A stretch of 21,832 nt of DNA, taken from the NCBI GenBank assembly GCA_024626585.2, contig JANKJI020000004.1:129915089-129936920 (forward strand), in the 5' to 3' direction. Position numbers and translations under genes: made by a program. Positions 9,874 through 20,039 of this stretch are shown one piece after another (position 1 is the first letter of the stretch; each line of letters opens with the position of its first letter). The DNA comes from Ginkgo biloba. Taxonomy: Eukaryota; Plantae; Ginkgophyta. The notes below the pieces were generated by a model, which worked only from the letters and a program-made list of their open reading frames with translations, did not search any database and had not been told where the DNA came from.

Positions 9874-10320
9874 GAGGACCTCGTGGTCTAATTTACAACA
9901 TAAATTGGAAAATATGATTATATTATGGATTAGGAATATCAAAATAATGGTCTAACCTAAATTACAGTTGGACTAAGTGGAATTTTGATGATAAAAGGAA
10001 CAATATATGAGAGTGTTGACCAAATCAATTTCCAAGATGAAATTTATGGAACTTTTCTTGCAAAATATGCAAGATGGACCATCTCTTATGAAAAGTTATT
10101 GGAAAGTAGAGAAATACAATCCCCAAACATAGAATAATGTCTAAACCAAGATAAGAATTTATGATCCATTTGAATTTAATATAACCAATCCATTGAAGAA
10201 GAGAAATGTTGACAATTCCATGGGATATAAAGTTATGCCAGGAGCTGCTACTATATTTTTTCTTGATCATAATGATTAGCAAGGGTTATTCACAAATAAC
10301 CATATATGGGTCACTCCATA
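9874..10320 (+). pseudogene. Copper amine oxidase (CuAO / primary amine oxidase) catalytic-domain pseudogene fragment
   Basis: Frame 1 reads EDLVV*FTT*IGKYDYIMD*EYQNNGLT*ITVGLSGILMIKGTIYESVDQINFQDEIYGTFLAK (TPQ-precursor Tyr codon at 9913-9915; plant consensus LVVRM.....NYDYI.DWEFQ.DGLI...VGLSGILMVKGT.Y......D.LYGTLL.E). After a deletion and frameshift at ~10065-10070 it reads DGPSLMKSYWKVEKYNPQT*NNV*TKIRIYDPFEFNITNPLKKRNVDNSMGYKVMPGAATIFFLDHND*QGLFTNNHIWVTP (consensus SPRKSY......AKTE.DA.IKL.LYDP.EF.V.NP.K...VGNPVGYKVVPG......LD.DD.PQ.R..FTNN.IWVTPY). It runs into a 100-N gap. Confidence 0.93.
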
Positions 10321-10420
10321 NNNNNNNNNNNNNNNNNNNNNNNNNNNNNNNNNNNNNNNNNNNNNNNNNNNNNNNNNNNNNNNNNNNNNNNNNNNNNNNN
10401 NNNNNNNNNNNNNNNNNNNN

Positions 10421-11886
10421 AATTTAGTCTTGAGGCTTTTCTATGTTATACTGGTTTTTACTAAGGGCACTACAACTTGGAGCAAAATTATGGATTATGG
10501 ATGGGATTAATTACCTCTAGAAAGTGACGTTTTGCTACATGTATCCTTAAATTAAGAGTGTTGGTACTTGCTTATTAAGGCAAGGTGAATTCTTTTGGGC
10601 ATTTCTATCGGACAGAGGCATCGTTCCAGACACTTGGGTTCCTCTAGAAGGTGACACGTGATTTCTGTAGATTTTCGTACCATACTAGAGGGGTGTTGCA
10701 CCCAGTTGCAACATTTAAGGAAGAGAGCTCCACACAGAGGGTTCCTACTAAGACGTTTTCACGCTCAGATAGGTTTGGGTTCATTTCTTATTCATATTGA
10801 ACTAGTAAGTTGCCATAAATTGTAAGTACATTTTGAAACCTTAGTTTTATGCATAATTTTTGTATACTATTTATTGTTGAAAAATAGTCTATCATCAATT
10901 ACTGTAAATAGATTTCAGTTTCAATTATGATTTTTTAGTTCTATTTACTAATATGAGGGCCAAAAACCCTAGGAATGTAGAAACAACTTCTTTGTACTAG
11001 GGCGCTCTCTATTGTAGAGCAAATTTACAATAATTATGTCTGAAAATGAATTCCATGGATAATTAGGGTTTATGGATTCATTATTTCCCTTATTTTAGGT
11101 TTGTTTATTGCATGAAACCCTAGAAGCCAGTCTAAGGGCAGCTTATTCTTAGTTGAGATCTAGTGAGGGGATTTATGGAGTACGGCTATGGCCGCACTAT
11201 TGCATTTATGTATTTTGCTTGGCTTGGGACTATACAAGCATTAGCCCATGTGAGTATTTATATATTGGGGTGAACTGGGAGAGAGGGCAGGGCTTGCACT
11301 CTGAGAACCCTTGAGGATGTTTTGGTGCTATGGATTACGCTAGCAACCATAGTGGGTTGTACCTCTAGTTTTTGGCTTGTAGGATTGTGTTTATATCTTT
11401 TGCTTATGCTCAACATTATATTGTAGCTAGAGGTATGTTCACTAATATAATTAAATATTTTTGCACTAATATAATTAAATTATTTTTTCCAGTGAGGGAT
11501 GGATGTCTCAATTGAGGAGACTATCTTAGTGCCAAAGAGTAGTTGAGAAGAGACGTACCCCTAGCACCCTTATTTGGTTCGGTTAAGGGGTGGAATCTAG
11601 TAGAGCAGTAATAGCCGCTAGGTGCTAATAGTATGTACTGAATTGCTACTAGAGGTGTAGTTGCCAACCAAATGGGCCCTTTTAGGTAGTCCCCAATGGC
11701 CAACAGTGGATGTCCGGCTATGTTGCCTAGTCTACCTTTTGGGTTTGCTAAGCATGTGTTTTATATAGGCACTAGTCATTAATTAAACATAAATAAATGT
11801 TCATCATGTATGCATACTTTGAGATTTACCTATTTTTGTGGCTCTTAACTTCATTGGTTTGTAAGTTTAGAGGGCAGACTATTACA
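10421..11886 (+). repeat. Repeat copy B (10421-10668) continuing into a probable long gypsy-type LTR or non-coding region
   Basis: The first ~250 bp are homologous to 9621-9858. The remainder is non-coding with AAACCCTAG/TAGGGTTT motifs and ends AGGGCAGACTATTACA (11871-11886), which resembles gypsy LTR 3' ends (...ATTACA). No PBS follows. Confidence 0.4.
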
Positions 11887-12868
11887 AGATCTGATGTGTC
11901 CCTTTAATTATTAGGGTTATGTGATGATGTTCAGGTTTACATTGGATCCTATTACGATGGGAGTACCTTCAATATGGCGATTCCAGGAAGTGTGAGACTA
12001 TTACTATGACAATAGAAGAAACAATAAGTTGTCGAGGTGAAGTAGGTGACTAGTTATCTACCAACGCATCAACAACAAAAGTAGAGGAGGTAAGTCATTT
12101 TGTATGATGATGTCTTCTAAAAAGGTCTCTCNNNNNNNNNNNNNNNNNNNNNNNNNNNNNNNNNNNNNNNNNNNNNNNNNNNNNNNNNNNNNNNNNNNNN
12201 NNNNNNNNNNNNNNNNNNNNNNNNNNNNNNNNNNNNNNNNNNNNNNNNNNNNNNNNNNNNNNNNNNNNNNNNNNNNNNNNNNNNNNNNNNNNNNNNNNNN
12301 NNNNNNNNNNNNNNNNNNNNNNNNNNNNNNNNNNNNNNNNNNNNNNNNNNNNNNNNNNNNNNNNNNNNNNNNNNNNNNNNNNNNNNNNNNNNNNNNNNNN
12401 NNNNNNNNNNNNNNNNNNNNNNNNNNNNNNNNNNNNNNNNNNNNNNNNNNNNNNNNNNNNNNNNNNNNNNNNNNNNNNNNNNNNNNNNNNNNNNNNNNNN
12501 NNNNNNNNNNNNNNNNNNNNNNNNNNNNNNNNNNNNNNNNNNNNNNNNNNNNNNNNNNNNNNNNNNNNNNNNNNNNNNNNNNNNNNNNNNNNNNNNNNNN
12601 NNNNNNNNNNNNNNNNNNNNNNNNNNNNNNNNNNNNNNNNNNNNNNNNNNNNNNNNNNNNNNNNNNNNNNNNNNNNNNNNNNNNNNNNNNNNNNNNNNNN
12701 NNNNNNNNNNNNNNNNNNNNNNNNNNNNNNNNNNNNNNNNNNNNNNNNNNNNNNNNNNNNNNNNNNNNNNNNNNNNNNNNNNNNNNNNNNNNNNNNNNNN
12801 NNNNNNNNNNNNNNNNNNNNNNNNNNNNNNNNNNNNNNNNNNNNNNNNNNNNNNNNNNNNNNNNNNNN

Positions 12869-14153
12869 TCTTCACTTGATCTGCAAACTCTTTGCCCATG
12901 TTCTTCTACCAAACATATTTTCTAATGGCTGCAAAAGTCCTGTCTCTTCCTACATGACTTGCCAAAGAACTGTCATGTAGCTCATACAGGATCTTATATT
13001 TCCATTTATATCTTGAATTAATAATTTGTCTTCATACCACAAGACATCATTAGCAATATGAAAGTCTTTTACAAAGTGTCATTTTTCTAAGGACTTTCTT
13101 ACCTCCATACTCCAAGTGTCCTTCTTTTGAGCCTCTTTCCCCTCCTCTCTAAGAGATGCTTAGAATATAGTCATGGGATTTTCTTGTGGCACATGTGACA
13201 TGGGATTTGTCCCCACATCTTCCTTGGTGGCATTTATAGATCATCTCGGGTGTTATATTCTTCAAATAACATTGACCACTTCTCAAATTCATCCCTCCTT
13301 TAGTTGGAAAGCTTAGCTTAATTTTGTGATTCATGACCACCTCAAACTCATTGTTTTTTCAAGTAGTGATTCCAGATTCTATAACATGAACAATTGCTAG
13401 CAGCTCCTTGTCTTAGATTTCATACCTTTGGTATATTTCAATTAGTTTCATGCTTTCATAAGCTATGACTTTGCTGTCTTGCATCAAAACTGTACCACTG
13501 GCCATTCCACTTGCATCAATTAGCAATTAGAATGGTTTAGAAGGATTTGGAAGTGTAAGAAATGTTGTTGAAGTCAATGTTTTCTTAAGCAAGGAAAATC
13601 TTGCTTGATGCTTGGTTCTCCATACGAATCTTTTTGTTTACTTGAGCAATCTTGTTAGTGTTGCTACAACTTTGGAGAAGTTTAGAACGAACCTTCTATA
13701 GAAGTTGGCCAATCCAAGAAAATTTTCCTACCTTGTCTACATTAACTGCATTTCTCTTATCCTTCACAACTTCTTTTTTGGGGGATCAACTCTACCTGTT
13801 TTTAAAACTATATGGCCCAAGTATTCTTCCTTTTGCATAAAGTCATAATGATAATTCTGCATATAATTTCTCTTTCTTTAGGATCTCCAAGACTTGTCTC
13901 AAGTTCTCCTTATGCTCTTCTTTATTTTCCCTGAAGATGAGGATATCGTCCAAAATGGCCACTACAACCTTTCCCTGGAAAGGCTTGAAAATATTTTTCA
14001 GTAGTCTCATAAATGATGCTAGAGCATTAGTTAACTCAAATAGCATTACCAAAACTTATTGCGCCCATCTCGAGTGGCAAAAGCTGTCTTTGGTACATTT
14101 TCTTCATGAATGCAGATTTGATAATATCCACTCAAACCAATCTTGGAGGGGAT
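12869..14153 (-). pseudogene. Degenerate Ty3/gypsy (chromovirus-like motif set) pol: RT, RNase H and integrase N-terminus
   Basis: Minus strand: SKIGLSGYYQICIHEENVPKTAFATRDG, then VMLFELTNALASFMRLLKNIFKPFQGKVVVAILDDILIFRENKEEHKENLRQVLEILKKEKLYA (ILDD 13945-13956). RNase H reads LPNPSKPF*LLIDASGMASGTVLMQDSKVIAYESMKL (IDASG ~13506-13520) and FEVVMNHK. The integrase zinc finger starts ELHDSSLASHVGRDRTFAAIRK (~12918-12983). RT-RH-INT order is diagnostic of gypsy. Confidence 0.95.
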
Positions 14154-14399
14154 NNNNNNNNNNNNNNNNNNNNNNNNNNNNNNNNNNNNNNNNNNNNNNN
14201 NNNNNNNNNNNNNNNNNNNNNNNNNNNNNNNNNNNNNNNNNNNNNNNNNNNNNCTAACCATTAAAAAAGTACTTATTTAGTTTTGAATGTAGTATTTTAG
14301 TTATCCTCCTCTTTGATATGGACTTGATGATATTCTCACTTCAAATCAATCTTACTAAACAATTTTTCTCTTTGCAACTAGTTGAGGAATCATTAATGT

Positions 14400-15780
14400 G
14401 TGGAAGACAATACTTATCTTTTATGGCTACCATATTTAATGCGCTGAACCTTGGTAATACTCACCAAATAACGGTTACCTATTTTATGCAAACTGTCAAA
14501 TAAATCATCAATGGGAATAATACCCATACAGCTAATTCCTGGCCCTGCCTGGCAAAATTTACATTTGAATGGTTTTGGCTGCAAAAACTGGGTTCCAGAT
14601 GGCTTTGAGTGCAAAACTTCATGTCTGGCTGGTTCTCATTGCAGAAATCTGTGTTTGAAGGGACAACCTTGACAAATTGACCTCCCCAAAACAATCTTAT
14701 CTGAAGCAATACTATTGACTACAACCTCCGTAGATGCTTTAGCAAAGAGGGTGCTGACCTTTGAGCAAATGTTAGGGCCAGATATTAGTTTTTGAAGCAT
14801 ACCATTAATAATGTCCCATTCATCCTATCATAAATCTTTTGGAAATTAATTTTCAATATAATGCTGGCTGATTGAACCCTTCGGCCCATTTATTCATTCC
14901 CATGCTGCTAAACTATTATACGAAAGAAATCTCTCTTCAAGGAAACCAAATTGCTCAGTTTTAACTATGTTTTTTGCAATGTACATAATACTTAAGACTA
15001 GAGCTTTAGACAAGGTCTCATTGTAAGGTGTTGGAATGCCAACCTCCACTATTTTTAGAGTCTGCACTTTGCTAAGGGACAAGCTTGATAATACTGGTGT
15101 TGGTCTTGACACCTAAATTCATATTCCACGAAGCTTAAAGACGCATACTGAAAAAGTCCTGACCATCGATATGCCATCAATTTTAACAGAACTAGAAGTT
15201 TTCTGTTTGGCCATCTTCACTAAGATGTTTATTATCTGCCATGGGGAAAATCTCTTCTTGAAACTCACTAAGAGTAAAAAGAATATCAAATGAGATCACA
15301 TCTTCTTGTTTGAAGTTGGTTGGGAAAATAATGAAACATTCATCCGTAGCTACCTTACACTGAGCAAACATATAGATTGAATTTGTTGCAAATCCAAAAG
15401 TCCACTGCTAGGGCTGTATTTGACAACACATATTTTTGCAGCATTCTGCTTTTGGCAGAGGGAGTTGAAAACAAACTTGGAAGAAGCATCTTCATTTGTG
15501 AGCCACTAAAGGCAGGCCCGAATGTGAGCACTATGAGCTCTGAAAGCTTTCAATACCTACAAATTTTGAAAGCATGCACTCTTTTGGACTTGTAAAGCTG
15601 GACTTGTATTCAACTGTATGTAATTGGATAACTTTATTTGATAGGTAACCTTGTTAAATGTTTGCATGATTTTGTACGTGCAGACTGGTTGGTTCAGGCC
15701 CAATCAGTTGATGCATTCCAGAGGGTGATTATGTTATAGTATCTCTCCTGGGCATCATTTATAATTAACATCTATGTGGA
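14400..15780 (-). pseudogene. Degenerate, internally deleted L1/Tx1-like LINE ORF2, copy 4
   Basis: Minus strand: AHIRACL*WLTNEDASSKFVFNSL, FTLSEFQEEIFPMADNKHLSEDG, TNTSIIKLVP, IVKTEQFGFLEERFLSYNSLAAWE, LKINFQKIYDR-EWD..MLQKL.SGP, and VVVNSIASDKIVLGRSICQGCP (RSICQGCP 14660-14683). It then jumps to the C-terminal-like MGIIPIDDLFDS...LVSITKVQRIKY with no FADD region. Confidence 0.88.
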
Positions 15781-16039
15781 ATCTNNNNNNNNNNNNNNNN
15801 NNNNNNNNNNNNNNNNNNNNNNNNNNNNNNNNNNNNNNNNNNNNNNNNNNNNNNNNNNNNNNNNNNNNNNNNNNNNNNNNNNNNGATTAAAGTTGCATGC
15901 TTGAGAAAAAAAATCATAAAAAAATTGTTGTAAGATTGACCCTTGAAAAATTTTCACTATCAAAAGTATGATGGCAATACGCTGAGCCCATGAATGATGG
16001 GGCTTAGTCTCGATGTGCACATCAGGTGATATGGTAATC

Positions 16040-16860
16040 CTTGCTTGCTATAATTGTTGTAACTAATGTACAGTTGGATATCTTTAATTGTTGAACTTCT
16101 TCCCCAACATCAATTTTGTAAGGCGGCCATTTCATGTGTAACTTGTGCTTTAAAAATATTGCACGTGCCTTATCAAAATCTTGAATAAGCTCTTGTATTT
16201 TTTCTTTAGACTCCTATGTTGATTCTTGAGTCTTCTTGCATGCCATCATTAATTTCACGCAATTATACTTGAGATGAGAAATTTCCTATCAATTGCAATC
16301 CACCTAGAGAATCCATGCTTCTAGTTTTGAGGTGATTTGTTCCAAACCTTTTGGGATCTTATTATCAAAATGTGAAACAAATTTCTAATAGGCATCAACG
16401 AAGGGATCAATATCTTCTAGCTAGACATCCAAAAAGTGAGATGAATTCAATTTTCCCCTTGTCATCTTGAGCACGAGCTTGTTGTGTTCCTATGGATACG
16501 CCTTTTCTAGAATCTTTGATTTTGGAAACCAAGTCGCTCACCAAATTGCGAATTATATTTCCTATGAAACTTGGCTTCTATGCTCTGTGATTGGACAACT
16601 TGCATTCTAATTTCTCAATCCCTTTGTCAAACATTTGAAGTCTGTCCTCCCATTTTTATGCAATGGGTTTATTTGGAATGGATTTTACCTATTTTTATTT
16701 ATGAGGTTAGGCACTTGAAGAACTCAATCTTGAAATTGGACAAGCTAGTGGAGAAATTTGTATTCGTTTCTCTGATATGTTGTTCTAAGTCTTTGAATCC
16801 AACTCATTCATAGATTGTAAGAAATGTTTAGGTTCAGTTTGATGAATTTGTTGTTCAAGC
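16040..16860 (-). pseudogene. Probable degenerate retrotransposon gag
   Basis: The minus strand gives coiled-coil-like GFKDLEQHIRETNTNFSTSLSNFKIEF, then HFLDV*LEDIDPFVDAY*KF (cf. P.F.G...ED...F...YE) and T*ESKEKIQELIQDFDKAR (cf. Q...E.V..Y..RF..L). Confidence 0.5.
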
Positions 16861-17149
16861 ATGTTCTTACTGACTAGTGGCTTAATTTTTGTTTATGTAG
16901 CAACACAACTTGATTGGTTCCTCAATACATCGATGTTTCGTAGGTGGGGTGTTGGCTAGTAATGAACACCTTCTCCTTCCTTTCTTTGACAACAAGAATT
17001 TCCATAATTTTTACTCCTTCCCATTTGAATATTAACCATTGTAAAACTTTCAACATCTCTTGAGATTAAACCACAACATTTTCCATTGAAATTTCCCCTT
17101 TGGGTTAATGACTTGCCCACCTAGCTAACAGTGGAAACTTGAGGCTATT

Positions 17150-17760
17150 GCCATCGAGTAGAAGCTTGGCATTTGGACATTGCACAAACAACAATCCTAC
17201 AAATATTGATGCTAAGAAGAAGGAAGAGGGTCAGGAAGCTTCTTTGATGCACTTGAGTAAAGATAAAAGGTTGAATTTTACAAATGCACACCAATTACAC
17301 TGAGGTTCAACCTTTACTTGTTAAAGTATAGTTCTCAGCAAGGTAGGGATGTGGGAACATTTGTGGTTTCCCAATAGTCGAGTTGCGATAAATTGTGTCA
17401 CCCATTTGAGTTGCTCGTCCTTCAAGTTGTAGTTGCAAATACCAACAAGGGAGGCATCTGAAGCCTTAAGGAAAAACTCTTGGACAATAACTTGCCTGTC
17501 TACTTTCACAGCCAGAGGGATTTTTAGCCCTTGGAAGGAAGGCCGATAACTTCGTGACTCGCTTGGTGTATAATTCAGAGCTTTTGGGTATTCAACCACC
17601 ATGCCAACAACTGAAGCTAGATACGTTGATTCATAATATACCGACGAAATTAAGAAAAAGGTGGCAAGCCCTATAGCTTTTAGCCGTTGCACAATGGATG
17701 TTTTGAAGAAAATCCTTGAAATTCTATTCGTAACTTGGGTACATTATGTTCATGGATTTC
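17150..17760 (-). pseudogene. Retrotransposon accessory ORF remnant, copy 2 (contains the 123-aa ORF 17321-17692)
   Basis: ORF VQRLKAIGLATFF...LKWVTQFIATRLLGNHKCSHIPTLLRTIL reads through a stop into QVKVEPQCNWCAFVKFNLLSLLKCIKEAS*PSSFFLASIF. This has the same AT......S/D....[FYC][DN]W.....N/L layout as 8560-9290. Confidence 0.5.
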
Positions 17761-17888
17761 TATTGAAATTCTGGAATATTTACCATGAAAAAAGAATTAC
17801 TTGACCTAGCCAAATGATTTGGGATGAGGAGCGCAACTGAAGATGAAAAGGAGGTAGATGCAACACGAATCCCTTGTCCTCTCTTTGG

Positions 17889-17930
17889 ACAATTTTTTGA
17901 ATCATGGTCTCTGGGACCACAAGTCTTGCA
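17889..17930 (-). pseudogene. CCHC zinc knuckle (gag nucleocapsid-type) remnant
   Basis: CKTCGPRDHDSKNC is an exact CX2CX4HX4C motif. Its upstream part is hidden in the 17948-18294 gap. Confidence 0.8.
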
Positions 17931-18294
17931 TAACTTTTCCGTATTATNNNNNNNNNNNNNNNNNNNNNNNNNNNNNNNNNNNNNNNNNNNNNNNNNNNNN
18001 NNNNNNNNNNNNNNNNNNNNNNNNNNNNNNNNNNNNNNNNNNNNNNNNNNNNNNNNNNNNNNNNNNNNNNNNNNNNNNNNNNNNNNNNNNNNNNNNNNNN
18101 NNNNNNNNNNNNNNNNNNNNNNNNNNNNNNNNNNNNNNNNNNNNNNNNNNNNNNNNNNNNNNNNNNNNNNNNNNNNNNNNNNNNNNNNNNNNNNNNNNNN
18201 NNNNNNNNNNNNNNNNNNNNNNNNNNNNNNNNNNNNNNNNNNNNNNNNNNNNNNNNNNNNNNNNNNNNNNNNNNNNNNNNNNNNNNNNNNNNNN

Positions 18295-18872
18295 AGTGGT
18301 AGATGTTTCCGCACTTTACTTATGTATATTATTTATTATTATTGTTTCTAGGGAAGCAAGTTATTATGTTGGATAGTTGAGAGTTATGTTCCAAAGACAG
18401 AGAAATTAATATTTCTTTGAATTCAACAAAGTGTTAGCTCTTAACACTATTTGGCAAGTTATTAGGATGCATTGTGTGTAAATAAGGTGTAACCGTGGAT
18501 CTAGAAAAAGTGAGAGTGATATTGTAGTTGGAGGCTCTAGTAGATCCACCCTAAGTAAAGAAATTCCTTGGTCATTATGGATGTTACATAAAATTCATAA
18601 AGGGATATAATAAAATAGAAAGTCTAATGGAAAGGCTATTGAAGAAGGATGAACCATTCATATGGGTAGAAGATGGACCATTCTTTTGAAGCATTGAAGT
18701 TAAAGATATTTGAAGTACCTATTCTTTAGTTTTGGAATTGGAAAGGGATGTTCCATGTGCATGTTGATGCATTTTCCATTGTAACTGCATCTATATTAGC
18801 TCAAGTAGGGGTTGGAAATATAAATCATCCAATATACTTTGATACTAGAAATTGAGTAAAATAGAGAAAAAT
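18295..18872 (+). pseudogene. Degenerate Ty3/gypsy RT C-terminus and RNase H N-terminus
   Basis: LRVMFQR, ISLNSTKC*LLTLFGKLLGCIVCK*GVTVDLEKVRVI, VKKFLGHYGCYIKFIKGYNKIESLMERLLKKDEPFIW, and SFEALKLKIFEVPIL*FWNWKGMFHVHVDAFSIVTASILAQVGVGNINHPIYFDTR. Consensus: LN..KC.F....GKLLGHIV...G..VDP.K...FLGH.GYYR.FI..Y..I..P...LLKKD..F.W...APIL.FPDW.K.FHVHVDAS....G.VLAQ.....DHPIYFASRKL. Confidence 0.93.
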
Positions 18873-18874
18873 TT

Positions 18875-19902
18875 GATTCAAAACTCGAGAATGTATATAG
18901 TGAAATCAAATTTTAAAATTCAAGTAATGCACAATCAGAAATCATATTCACAGGCGGTAGTCATATTCATAACAAATTTTAAAAATAAAAATAAAAATTC
19001 TCTCAAATAAAATTCAGAAAGTGGAATCATAGTCCACTAATTACAGAGTTAATCATCTCTTAAATGAGACTAAAATCATAGTGCACAATATTATTACCTC
19101 ATATAAGGATCAAATTACATTTATATATGGAGTTACAAGCTAATGCTTGGTAAAATCACATGCTATTGCCTAGTACAATCGTAGGTTATTGCCTAGTACA
19201 TTAGGATGAAATTGCAAGCCTTTGGCTTGGTATCGCAAGCTTTTGCTTGGTGAAGAAGAAGAAGATTATGCTTTTGAAGATCTCAATCCCAAAAATTTGT
19301 GCTAGAATAGAATTGAACTGAAGTCCCCCAAAAAAGAACCGAAAAGGAACCCCCACTTTTGAGCTCTTAAAGAGCTTTTATCATTTGCATTGGTAACTAA
19401 AAAAATATAGTTACAAAATTGTCATTTCAACTTCTGGAAGAGGGATGACGTGGTGGCTTGAATTTGCTGAGGTGCGTTTGTGCGTCATTTTGACCATTTT
19501 ACATCAAATTCCTGACCTTTGGAAAACGGGGATTTTCTCGTGATTTGGGGATTTTCGCATGATTTAGGGATTTTCTCATAACTTCATCGTGACTTAGTTG
19601 AGTTTCAAACTTCTTCAAGACTTAGACAAGTTTCTACTGTTTGTCCAACTTCTGGCCACTTTAAGGCTTTGAGGTGCTCAGCACGTCATTTGCCCATATC
19701 CCTTCATTTTCTAGATTTTTAGAAAACGAGGAGTTTCTTGCAATTTGGGGGTTTCTCATGACCAACACTTCTCTTAGCCAAAATCATAGAACTTTAAGAT
19801 TTAAAATTGAATGTAGGTCTTACAATCGATCTCAGGTAGCAGGAATTGGATGCCCACCAGGGGCATTGCCCCTAGAACCCTACTAAGGGTGCTTCCCCTA
19901 AG
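18875..19902 (-). repeat. Probable LTR, reverse orientation, with internal sub-repeats
   Basis: It abruptly truncates the RNase H remnant and is non-coding. There is a reverse TATA (ATTTATATA ~19119-19127), paired repeats TATTGCCTAGTACA x2 and GCAAGC.TTT.GCTTGGT x2, three ~19-bp units GGGGATTTTC.C.T.A.TT (19528-19585), and a diverged ~80-bp duplication (~19481-19561 vs ~19682-19760). Boundaries are uncertain. Confidence 0.5.
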
Positions 19903-20039
19903 NNNNNNNNNNNNNNNNNNNNNNNNNNNNNNNNNNNNNAAACAAGGTTGATTTTTTAGACCAATTTTGTGGCTTCTTTATAAAATTATCAGTTGCTTGC
20001 CACCATGAAGATTGATGCTAATAATTATCCTTCTTCATC

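Noticed and set aside
10025-10427. ORFs 10025-10282 (-) and 10206-10427 (+) as small genes
   Set aside because: They are antisense or off-frame readings of the CuAO pseudogene.
12869-15780. Single continuous minus-strand pol spanning the 14154-14253 gap
   Set aside because: The left side is Ty3/gypsy RT and the right side is LINE ORF2. These are unrelated elements joined across a gap of unknown size.
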